Source: Candidatus Woesebacteria bacterium RIFCSPLOWO2_01_FULL_44_24b
Lineage (GTDB): Bacteria; Patescibacteriota; Microgenomatia; UBA8517
Direction of reading: 5' to 3'
DNA length: 64,000 nt
NCBI GenBank assembly: GCA_001793235.1
Contig: MGHM01000014.1
Span: 3,857-67,856 of the forward strand
Part shown: piece after piece, positions 9,956-18,103 of the stretch
How the letters are laid out: each line of letters opens with the position of its first letter
Position numbering within the stretch: the stretch's first letter is position 1
Notes under the pieces: model-generated
Told to the model about the DNA's origin: nothing
The model's input: only the letters and a program-made list of their open reading frames with translations
Databases searched by the model: none
Made by a program: the position numbers and the translations under genes

Positions 9956-11401
9956 ATGGGCATATTCAAAAAGTACACCAAGAAGATAACAATACTGGTT
10001 TTGCTGATTGCAATTATTTTAGCCTCACTAGCGGTGAAAGTTGTAAATCTAAATTACAATTCACCTTTTAATGATGAGGCTATTTATGTAGTAGTTGGCA
10101 AATTGGGTGTATTTGAGAAAGACTGGGAAACATTGGTTCCCTTTGAATGGATGGCAGGGGTGCCTTATTTTTATCCAAGTATTTCAGCTTTTGCATATGA
10201 GCTTGGTGGCATAGAAGCATCAAGATTTTTAAATGTAGTGTTTTTTGCGCTCACTGCGTTTCTGGTTTATAAAATTGCTTATTTACTGAGTGAAGGAAAA
10301 GACAAAGTAAAAGAGAAGGCCGGCTGTTTAGCTGCGGCAATTTTTGCCGGCTCTTCGGTAGGCTATTACGTTTCTCGGCTTGCTACTTATGATATGCCAA
10401 GCTTTTTCTTCTTTGCGTTGAGTTTATATTTTTTTATATTAGCTGAGCAAGCACGCAGGCTCCCGGGCAGGAAATATATTCTTTCTGCAATATTTTTAGT
10501 AGTGGCTTTCTTTTTTAAATATATAATCGCACTATATGTACCTATTTTATTGGCTTTTTCCTTTTTCGTCCAGAAAACAAGTTATCGTAAACGGGCAACT
10601 TTAGTGTATTTTGCACTGCCTTTGGTTATGGCGTTTTTTGTTTTTGGTATTACCCAGTTTAAAAGCCTTGGTATATACATTAGTGTACAAACTGAACTCG
10701 AGATAAAATCTCCTCTTGTAGACATGTTAGTTTTTGTAGTTAACCAGATTGGTTTAATATTGCCGTTTTGGGTCGTCGGTAGTTATTGGTTCTATAAAAA
10801 AGAAAAACTTAGAGTCTGGGCATTCTTTACTTTCTTTTCATTTATTATTATTTTGTTCCATGTTCTTAATCAGCGGCTACATACTCTCGATAAACACATA
10901 TTGTTAGCAATTGGAGGATTAGCCGTTTCAGCAGGTATTGGTGTAAGCAATATGATAAAGCACAAGGTTCACGATCGTATTTTATTATTGGGGATTGGTG
11001 TTTTTTGGGTATTATCATTTGTTGTCTCCCTGAAATACAATAGCGCCTGGGTTAATGCGTATTCGGTTATGGATTTCGTTGGGAAAAACAGTCACTCTGA
11101 AGATGTAGTCCTAAGTGAAATTGGCGCGATAACACAGCTGGACCTTTATGAAAAAGTTAATCCACTGAGGGTGTTTACGTTTGATTGGATTTATTACGAT
11201 GAGCACGAAGGCGAGGAAGCGCTTGTGAATGGCGTAAGCGATGGCTATTTCAACACTATTATCCTTGAAACACAAGAGGATGGTAAATCAGATTTTAATT
11301 CTGCTTATCATGAGCTCATAGTTGAAAATCGGGAGTTCAACAGAATTTATTCAAACATATATAGTGACGATCATTTTGAGGTGTATCGGAGGAACTATTA
11401 A
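9956..11401 (+). CDS. GT-C fold (ArnT/PMT_2-like) membrane glycosyltransferase
   Basis: PFNDEAIY in the first external loop, about 12 TMs, SRLATYD, soluble C-terminal domain. Confidence 0.8.
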   Translation: MGIFKKYTKKITILVLLIAIILASLAVKVVNLNYNSPFNDEAIYVVVGKLGVFEKDWETLVPFEWMAGVPYFYPSISAFAYELGGIEASRFLNVVFFALTAFLVYKIAYLLSEGKDKVKEKAGCLAAAIFAGSSVGYYVSRLATYDMPSFFFFALSLYFFILAEQARRLPGRKYILSAIFLVVAFFFKYIIALYVPILLAFSFFVQKTSYRKRATLVYFALPLVMAFFVFGITQFKSLGIYISVQTELEIKSPLVDMLVFVVNQIGLILPFWVVGSYWFYKKEKLRVWAFFTFFSFIIILFHVLNQRLHTLDKHILLAIGGLAVSAGIGVSNMIKHKVHDRILLLGIGVFWVLSFVVSLKYNSAWVNAYSVMDFVGKNSHSEDVVLSEIGAITQLDLYEKVNPLRVFTFDWIYYDEHEGEEALVNGVSDGYFNTIILETQEDGKSDFNSAYHELIVENREFNRIYSNIYSDDHFEVYRRNY

Positions 11402-11402
11402 C

Positions 11403-12245
11403 ATGGCAAGGAAAAAACTAAACAGAGCATACACGAATTTATTGTGGCTGGTGATACCGATGGCTGTCTTTGCGCTGTTTGCAAAATATTTAGTGACCGA
11501 GTCCCCCATAGAAAAATATGAAGATGATACGCTCAGTTTGAAATCCGGCGAACCATCGAAGCCTGTCATCTCTGAGTACAATTGGCATGGCGAAGCTCTC
11601 GTAACTTTTTGGTTTGACGATGGGTGGAGGTCTCAATATTCAGAGGGATTTAGAATCTTAGATAATTATGGTTATAAAGCAGCATTGGCGGTACCAATTG
11701 AACCTATTGGGTATGAGGCTTACATGAACTGGCATCAGATACGAAAGCTGCATTATCTAGGGTGGGAAATAGCTTCGCACAGTAGGTCTCATGATTGTGA
11801 CCTGGTTTATAAAGGGGAGCCTGCATTTGAATATGAAATCTTTGGAGGAAAACAGGATTTGGAGAACTATGGTATTTTGACCGACATTTATGTGGCTCCC
11901 TGTGGAGAGAATACGCCGGAGGCAACTGAATATGTAAAAAGACACTTTTTGTCTCAGAGGATAGTAGAGCCGGGGCTAAACCCTCTGCCAGTTACGGATA
12001 ATTACGGTCTTATGGTTAAACAAGTCAGCAGAGATATTGATATTGAAGAAATAAAAGGTTGGATTAATGAGGCGATAAGTAAAAAACAATGGATAATTTT
12101 GATGTTACATCAAATCGACGACGAAGATACCGAATACGGTACGACCCCGGATAATTTGGAGCAAGTTGTTGATTTTGTCAATCACTCTAATATATCAGTT
12201 GTACTACCTTCCCAGGCACTTGGAGTAGAAAGGCGAAATGAATAA
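11403..12245 (+). CDS. Membrane-anchored polysaccharide deacetylase (CE4/NodB)
   Basis: N-terminal TM; VTFWFDDG, WEIASHSRSH, LMLHQI; GGAGG SD before ATG 11403. Confidence 0.88.
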   Translation: MARKKLNRAYTNLLWLVIPMAVFALFAKYLVTESPIEKYEDDTLSLKSGEPSKPVISEYNWHGEALVTFWFDDGWRSQYSEGFRILDNYGYKAALAVPIEPIGYEAYMNWHQIRKLHYLGWEIASHSRSHDCDLVYKGEPAFEYEIFGGKQDLENYGILTDIYVAPCGENTPEATEYVKRHFLSQRIVEPGLNPLPVTDNYGLMVKQVSRDIDIEEIKGWINEAISKKQWIILMLHQIDDEDTEYGTTPDNLEQVVDFVNHSNISVVLPSQALGVERRNE

Positions 12246-13314
12246 AGTAGCAATAATAATGCCGGCACACAATGAAGAGAAAGTGATAAAAATGACCATT
12301 CAATCGGCCATCTCTGCTGTGGGCAAATTGAATGTGTATTTGGTGGACGATGGGTCGAGCGATAAGACAAGTCAGGTTGCACAGAAATTCCTCAAGAATG
12401 TCCTGGTAAAGAAACAAAATGGCGGGAAAGCAAATGCTATAAATTCTGGAATATCTAAGTTTGAGCTGACAAAAAGATATGAATTTATAATGCCGATAGA
12501 TGCAGACACCATATTGGCGGATGACTTTTTCAAGAATATTTTTAATGTTTTTGCTAAGGACAAGAAGAAGAAAATTGCTGCTGTTGTAGGGAAAGTAACG
12601 GGAAGAAATAAGAAATGGATTACTACTTACAGGTTGTGGGAGTATGAGATAAACCAGTCCGTACACAAGGCCGCTCAATCCATGTTGGGGGCTATAACCG
12701 TCTGCCCCGGCCCTTCTACAGTGTATAGATCAAAAGTATTTAAAAGAATTAAGTATTCTGAGGATACCCAAACCGAGGATATGGACTTTACATTCAGAAT
12801 TCACAGGCTTAATCTTGGCCGAATAGTATATGAGCCATCAGCTGTTGTTTCAACTCAAGACCCGGCCACCATCACTGCTTATATCAAGCAGGTCAAGAGG
12901 TGGTACATAGGTTTTTGGCAATGTATTCTTAAACATAAAGTACCCTGGGGCGGGCAAAAATTGGATGCTGAGGCTGGGCTTCTGGCGACCGACGCGCTAC
13001 TGAATGTTCTTTTGGCTGCCTTGTTCGTCGTTTTGGTTCCTGCATCACTTTTTGTAGATCCGATAGTATTGATATCTCCCGCTCTTGCCGACCTTTTTAT
13101 TTTTATGCTGCCTTCAATACTGTACGTTAGCATTAGACGCAAAATTTACGGCCTCATTTTGTTTTTGCCGCTTTTCTATTTTTTGAGGGTTATCGGTAGT
13201 TTTACATTCTTTTACAGTTTCTTAAAAGTTACTCTTGGCCTTAGGGCTAAGATGTCGAACGTTTGGAATACACAAAGGTATAGAGTAATGAAGGAGGAAA
13301 TATGGGTCAGCTAG
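12238..13314 (+). CDS. Processive GT2 polysaccharide synthase (IcaA/PgaC/NodC/HAS-like)
   Basis: PAHNE, DDGS, GGKA, IDADT, CPGP, TED, QVKRW (QxxRW), then 3 C-terminal TMs. Confidence 0.88.
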   Translation: MNKVAIIMPAHNEEKVIKMTIQSAISAVGKLNVYLVDDGSSDKTSQVAQKFLKNVLVKKQNGGKANAINSGISKFELTKRYEFIMPIDADTILADDFFKNIFNVFAKDKKKKIAAVVGKVTGRNKKWITTYRLWEYEINQSVHKAAQSMLGAITVCPGPSTVYRSKVFKRIKYSEDTQTEDMDFTFRIHRLNLGRIVYEPSAVVSTQDPATITAYIKQVKRWYIGFWQCILKHKVPWGGQKLDAEAGLLATDALLNVLLAALFVVLVPASLFVDPIVLISPALADLFIFMLPSILYVSIRRKIYGLILFLPLFYFLRVIGSFTFFYSFLKVTLGLRAKMSNVWNTQRYRVMKEEIWVS

Positions 13315-13397
13315 GAAGCATATCTTTAGTATTTCACTTATTTGTACTTATAGTCGGTAAAGTGTATATTTACCTGAGGTCAAAACTCAGGAGATGA
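13302..13397 (+). CDS. Putative 31-aa single-TM micro-protein
   Basis: Not in the ORF track. AAGGAGG SD; MGQLGSISLVFHLFVLIVGKVYIYLRSKLRR; its stop overlaps the GH18 start (ATGA). Confidence 0.6.
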   Translation: MGQLGSISLVFHLFVLIVGKVYIYLRSKLRR

Positions 13398-14470
13398 AGT
13401 ACGCATTACCATCATTCTTTCTTTTAACATCATTTTTTACGGTTGTTTTTGTGCTGGTTGCAAATAGTATTAACTTATCACCTTCAAGGGCAGTGGATAA
13501 TATCAAGAAGAGCCTCGCTTACAGTACATCGGATATTGAGTCGGAATACTCCGCTTGGGTGCCTTGGTGGGATGAGCCGGCCTCTATCAATTCTTTGAAG
13601 AACTCAAATAATCAAGTTAAAACGATACTGCCTGTTTGGTATCAGATAAACGAGGCTGGAAAGCTTATTGAGACAGATAGTAAGCTCAAAGAAGAAGTGT
13701 TAAAGGTTGCAAAAGAGCTTAACATTAGTGTTGTCCCTACCATTAGTAATGCCAGTGGTTACGATTTTGACGGTGAAAGAATTTCCAAGTTGCTTGGAAG
13801 CGAAGAACTGCGCGAAGGGTTGGTTGCAAACTTATTGGAACTGGCTCAAAAAAATGCCTTTCGTGGGTGGGATCTTGATTGGGAGCAGGTGAAAAAGGAG
13901 GACAGAGAAGCTTATTCTTCTTTTGTTGATTTATTGGGCAAAAGACTCAATAGTAAAAATTTGAAACTGTCGGTAACTGTGCATGCGCAGGCTGGTAAGG
14001 TTTCGGATTGGGATGGTACAAGCGGCCAAGACCTTAAGGCAATAGGTAATAGTGCGAATTATGTTCGGGTAATGGCCTATGATTTTCATCATTCGAAATC
14101 TTCTCCCGGCTCGGTAACACCGATGGATAGACTTTCCGAAACGCTGGAATACTCGGCAAAAGTAATCCCCTTGGATAAATTGGTATTGGGGCTCCCTTCA
14201 TATGGTTACGATTGGATTGGAGATGAGGGGACAGCAATGCAGTATGAAAAAATAGTTGATTATCTCGGTAAAAATGGAATTCAAAGCCAAAGAGATTCAG
14301 AAACTTATTCATTGTATGCCAATTTTGATTTGGAGGGAGCGGAGCATGCTTTGTGGTATGAGGACGCTGAGAGTTTTCATGAAAAGGTCAAACTTGCCAA
14401 GTCATACGGAGTTTACCAAGTGACGTTATGGCACCTTGGTGGTGAGGATCCTCGCATTTGGGCTTACTGA
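13394..14470 (+). CDS. GH18 (chitinase-like) glycoside hydrolase, membrane-anchored or secreted
   Basis: FRGWDLDWE (DxDxE catalytic motif), VMAYDFH, LVLGLPSYGYDW, WHLGGED. Confidence 0.9.
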   Translation: MKYALPSFFLLTSFFTVVFVLVANSINLSPSRAVDNIKKSLAYSTSDIESEYSAWVPWWDEPASINSLKNSNNQVKTILPVWYQINEAGKLIETDSKLKEEVLKVAKELNISVVPTISNASGYDFDGERISKLLGSEELREGLVANLLELAQKNAFRGWDLDWEQVKKEDREAYSSFVDLLGKRLNSKNLKLSVTVHAQAGKVSDWDGTSGQDLKAIGNSANYVRVMAYDFHHSKSSPGSVTPMDRLSETLEYSAKVIPLDKLVLGLPSYGYDWIGDEGTAMQYEKIVDYLGKNGIQSQRDSETYSLYANFDLEGAEHALWYEDAESFHEKVKLAKSYGVYQVTLWHLGGEDPRIWAY

Positions 14471-15145
14471 TTAGCTAATTTTTTTGAGCTCTGTCTTTTT
14501 ATTTGCCTTTTCAGCTCGCCATTCAGTGATTTTTTTGTGATCTCCTGTACGTAAGATGTCAGGTACTTTCCAACCTTTGAAGTCTTCCGGTCTGGTGTAA
14601 ACCGGGTAGTCTAGGTTTTCCCCGCTTGAGAAGCTTTCGTTTTCCCTTGCTTCTTCTTCCAAAACGCCCGGCAAGAGCCTGACAACAGCGTCAGTAATAA
14701 CCATCGCCGGAAGCTCACCCCCGGTTAAAACGTAGTTTCCGATTGAAATCTCCTCGTCTACTAAATGTTCATGAATTCGCTCGTCAAATCCCTCATAATG
14801 CCCGGCTAAGAGAATTATATGTTCGAGCTTAGAAAGCTCTCGTGCTTTAGCTTGATCAAAAGTCTTGCCTTGAGGGCTTAGGAGTATGATTTTGGATTTC
14901 TTTTTATTGAAAATTGATAATTGTAAATTGGAAATTGCGCGTTGTACTACATCAACGCGTATTACCATTCCAGGGCCTCCACCATATGGTCTGTCGTCAA
15001 CGGTTTTGTGCTTATCTTCTGCCCAATCACGGAGGTTATGAATATTGATTTCAACAAGAGCCTTGTCCTTTGCTTTTTTAAGCATAGAGGTATCAAAAGG
15101 CCCCTCAAACATGCTCGGGAATAAGCTGACTATATCAATTCTCAT
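14471..15145 (-). CDS. trmD: tRNA (guanine37-N1)-methyltransferase
   Basis: SLFPSMF, VDDRPYGGGPGMV, LSPQG, GHYEGFDER, SIGNYVLTGGE, YTRP. Confidence 0.97.
   Translation of the reverse strand: MRIDIVSLFPSMFEGPFDTSMLKKAKDKALVEINIHNLRDWAEDKHKTVDDRPYGGGPGMVIRVDVVQRAISNLQLSIFNKKKSKIILLSPQGKTFDQAKARELSKLEHIILLAGHYEGFDERIHEHLVDEEISIGNYVLTGGELPAMVITDAVVRLLPGVLEEEARENESFSSGENLDYPVYTRPEDFKGWKVPDILRTGDHKKITEWRAEKANKKTELKKIS
14904..14938. repeat. Degenerate heptamer tandem repeat (5 x WAATTGN) inside trmD
   Basis: ttattga aaattga taattgt aaattgg aaattgc; encodes AISNLQLSIFNK. Confidence 0.7.
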
Positions 15146-15165
15146 ATGTGTAGTATACTAAATTT
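15146..15165. promoter_or_regulatory. Symmetric bidirectional -10 element (palindrome TAGTATACTA) between trmD and the Yip1 gene
   Basis: 20-bp gap atgtg-TAGTATACTA-aattt; TATACT lies exactly 6 nt before the ATG on each strand. Confidence 0.65.
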
Positions 15166-15747
15166 ATGGAATTGACGATTGATGTAAAAGAAATTATGGC
15201 TCGGGTGCGCGAGGTGCTAACTGCCCCCAAAAAGTTTTTTGGCAAGGCAAAAAAAGAACATGGCTGGAAAAAGGCTTTTTCGTTCGTGCTGGTGGTAGCC
15301 GGAGCTGGCCACATTTTGACAGCCCTCTACAATATCCTCATCTACCCCTTAGTATCGCCTACATTCGCAGAATTATTTGGAATACCCGCTGTTCAGTTAA
15401 ATGCCGGACAAGTAGCGGGCGCCACGCTTGTGAGCTTCATCGTGACACTTGGCATGAGTTTTATCTGGGGAGCAGCTCTGAAAGTCTGGCTGGCCATTTT
15501 TAAGGTCAAATCAAATTTCGACTCAAGCTATCGGGTGATGGCATATTCGAGGACTCCGAATTATTTATTTAGCTGGCTTCCGCTTGTCAATATCCTAATA
15601 GCAATATATAGTTTTTATCTTTTGGTGCTGGGACTCGAAAATGAATATGGTATACCCAGAGGAAAAGCTATTCTTATAATTGTTACCTCAGTTGTCGTAA
15701 TTTTTGTAGTCTCAATTCTCGCGGTCTCCTTAATTCCCACAATATAG
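15166..15747 (+). CDS. Yip1-domain membrane protein
   Basis: VLTAPKKFF, 5 TMs, SYRVMAYS.TP, LLVLGL...GIPRGKA. Confidence 0.8.
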   Translation: MELTIDVKEIMARVREVLTAPKKFFGKAKKEHGWKKAFSFVLVVAGAGHILTALYNILIYPLVSPTFAELFGIPAVQLNAGQVAGATLVSFIVTLGMSFIWGAALKVWLAIFKVKSNFDSSYRVMAYSRTPNYLFSWLPLVNILIAIYSFYLLVLGLENEYGIPRGKAILIIVTSVVVIFVVSILAVSLIPTI

Positions 15748-15749
15748 CC

Positions 15750-16925
15750 ATGGATAAAGTAGTAATAGTCATGCCTACATATAAGGAAAAAGATAACATC
15801 GAGCGGATGATTACTGAACTTTTTGAGAAGGAATTCCCAAAAATAAGAAACGTAAGCATGCACCTTTTGGTTGTCAATGATTTGCCCTCGGATGGCGGTC
15901 CTGATGACGGCACGGGGGATATTGTAAAAAAATATGCTAAGAAATTCGACAACCTTCACATTATTGAGGATAAAAAACAAGGTCTTGGTTGGGCTTATGT
16001 TCGCGGCATGAAGTACGCCATGGAGAGGCTCCATGCCGACGCAGTAATGGAGATGGATGCTGACTTTCAGCACCCGCCGCGCTTTGTGGCACCAATGGTC
16101 GCGGCGTATTTGGATGGCGCGGACTATGCAATAGGCTCGCGCTACATTAAAGGCGGCTCCGTTCCCAAAGAGTGGGCGATGCACCGCAAAGCCGTTAGTT
16201 TTTTTGGCAACCTTTTTATTAGAATTGCCTTGGTTAAGCCAAAAATTCATGACTTAACCACCGGTTTCAGACTCACAAGAGTAAAAGGAGTATTAGATAA
16301 AATTAAGCTCAATGAGTTGATGGAGCTTAGCCGTTTTGCCTATAAAGTTGATTTGCTTTATCAAAGCATTAAAAATTCCAAAAAAGTGGTCGAAGTTCCT
16401 CTGGAGTTTGCCCCAAGAACTGAGGAAGTTTCCAAATTTTCAATGCAGGAAATGGTTTCAACTTTCAAAGTTGCGATTATTTTGGGGATTAAGGACAAAC
16501 AAAGATTTATCAAGTACGGCGCTGTCGGCCTTATCGGCTACGCTATCAACGCAGTTGGGCTTGAGGTTTTTTATCGCCTTGGCTTTTCCACCGGCGTTGC
16601 CGCGGCAATTGGAGCCGAGTTTGCAATAGTTTCAAACTTTATTTTGAATAATTTCTGGACTTTTAAAGAGGAAAAAATTACCAGTCTTGCAAAAGTTGTG
16701 AGCAAATTTGTTCAGTTTAATTTGAGCTCGGTGGGCGCAGTGGTTATACAAGCTATAGTGGTGGCGGTGGGAACCGGTATTTTTGGAGTGGGCACCCGCC
16801 AGATAATGCTGATTATCGCTGTGGGCTTTTTCGTAATTCCATACAATTACGCAATGTACAATCTTTTTATATGGAAGACTTGGAAGGTACCCGCACTTGA
16901 GAAAATTCAAAAGTTACTGGGATAG
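15750..16925 (+). CDS. Polyprenol-phosphate sugar synthase (DPM1-like GT2) fused to a GtrA-like flippase domain
   Basis: PTYKEKDNI, GLGWAY..G, EMDADFQHPP, GSRY, DLTTGFR; C-terminal RFIKYGAVG...NFILNNFWTF (GtrA). Confidence 0.9.
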   Translation: MDKVVIVMPTYKEKDNIERMITELFEKEFPKIRNVSMHLLVVNDLPSDGGPDDGTGDIVKKYAKKFDNLHIIEDKKQGLGWAYVRGMKYAMERLHADAVMEMDADFQHPPRFVAPMVAAYLDGADYAIGSRYIKGGSVPKEWAMHRKAVSFFGNLFIRIALVKPKIHDLTTGFRLTRVKGVLDKIKLNELMELSRFAYKVDLLYQSIKNSKKVVEVPLEFAPRTEEVSKFSMQEMVSTFKVAIILGIKDKQRFIKYGAVGLIGYAINAVGLEVFYRLGFSTGVAAAIGAEFAIVSNFILNNFWTFKEEKITSLAKVVSKFVQFNLSSVGAVVIQAIVVAVGTGIFGVGTRQIMLIIAVGFFVIPYNYAMYNLFIWKTWKVPALEKIQKLLG

Positions 16926-17169
16926 CATTTTTCTCTGCTTCAACACGAGGGTCTATTTGAGTGTGAACAAATTCCTTTTTTCCACCCAGAAGCTTGTATG
17001 GGAACTCAGCTCCCATTCTGCTTGCTAACGCAGTCCAGAGTTTTTGTTGTTGTTCGTTAAGTTGTGAGTACATACTCAAGGCGTCACTTATGGCGCCCAA
17101 GTCTCTTGGTCCGAGGCCGTTGTTCAGTAATATATGATTGTTTCGCCACCCGCGTACATGTTCTTTCAT
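16867..17169 (-). CDS. Hypothetical protein (about 100 aa)
   Basis: ORF fills an otherwise empty gap; TACACT lies 6 nt upstream of ATG 17169; overlaps the convergent gene by 59 bp. Confidence 0.45.
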   Translation of the reverse strand: MKEHVRGWRNNHILLNNGLGPRDLGAISDALSMYSQLNEQQQKLWTALASRMGAEFPYKLLGGKKEFVHTQIDPRVEAEKNAIPVTFEFSQVRVPSKSSI

Positions 17170-17260
17170 AATCAAAGTGTATGTTTAGAAGCCTTCCAAA
17201 TGCTCTCAAGAAATGCAGGATAACTTTGTTTTGCGAGAGCAGCTTGCTAAAATAAAGAGC

Positions 17261-18103
17261 ATGCAAAAATTCTCGGACGCGTGGTTTACTGAGCTTTACC
17301 TCAAATACGGCTCGGTGGAGGAGGCAATCAGAAGCTATCCGGATAGTCTCCCAATTTCTATCGCTAATTACCACAGGCTGGTTAAAAAGTATGGTTTGAT
17401 TAAGTCCGCCGGCCGTCATGTAAGCTTGCCTGAAACTCTTCATTTTTTTCGCGAGAAAGCATTCGAACCCGGAACACCCCTTGAGCGGATTTATGCCCAA
17501 ATGCCGCCAAGCTTCCAAACTTCGCTTTCGACTCTTCATAGAATTTACCAATATATGGAGAAAGCAGTTGTCAGGCGACACGCTGCGGCCTTAATTGCTA
17601 CAGCTGGCAATAGCGGAGAGGTTTTGGTGGGCAGAGAAGTGTTTGGCAACAGTAGATATGGCAAGAAAGTCGGAGATATTTCGCTTCCCATGAGTTTTGC
17701 CAAAAAAGACGAAAGCAATTTTGACTCAGCCCTTCGAGTCCTTCAGCAGGAAGTATTTGCGCATCTTGCCGCTTCTGGGGAGCTCAAGAGAGACTCAACT
17801 TTGGTAAAGCGAATTTTATCCAAAAATATTGAGCCTGTTTTTTATTTTGATATTGTAGATGTTCGCGTCCAAGTTTATGAAATAATATTGCCCACGCAAG
17901 CTTCTGAGTTCTCGAGCTTTAAGCTGGTTGAACACAAGTATGAAAACTTACACACTCTCTCGGTAATGCCAAATTTGCGCACCGGAATCGGCGAAATACT
18001 AAAGCTTTATGGAGACTATTTATATAAGCCTCTCACACTCAAAGTTCCTACATATCATGTATCAAGCATTAACTTGGCGCTTGCTTGGCGAGAGTCAGAG
18101 TAA
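17261..18103 (+). CDS. Tandem HTH-like repeats fused to a degenerate Nudix domain (putative regulator)
   Basis: ISIANYHRLVKKY and TSLSTLHRIYQY repeats; AAALI..EVLVGRE and SLPMSFAKKDESNFDSALRVLQQEV resemble a degenerate Nudix box. TGcTAAAAT sits 7 nt before ATG 17261 (the ORF track starts at 17213). Confidence 0.55.
   Translation: MQKFSDAWFTELYLKYGSVEEAIRSYPDSLPISIANYHRLVKKYGLIKSAGRHVSLPETLHFFREKAFEPGTPLERIYAQMPPSFQTSLSTLHRIYQYMEKAVVRRHAAALIATAGNSGEVLVGREVFGNSRYGKKVGDISLPMSFAKKDESNFDSALRVLQQEVFAHLAASGELKRDSTLVKRILSKNIEPVFYFDIVDVRVQVYEIILPTQASEFSSFKLVEHKYENLHTLSVMPNLRTGIGEILKLYGDYLYKPLTLKVPTYHVSSINLALAWRESE

Noticed and set aside
15615-16250. 211-aa minus-strand ORF, and the many other 60-170 aa antisense or alternate-frame ORFs in the track
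   Set aside because: They lie within well-supported genes, carry no motifs and look like shadow ORFs.
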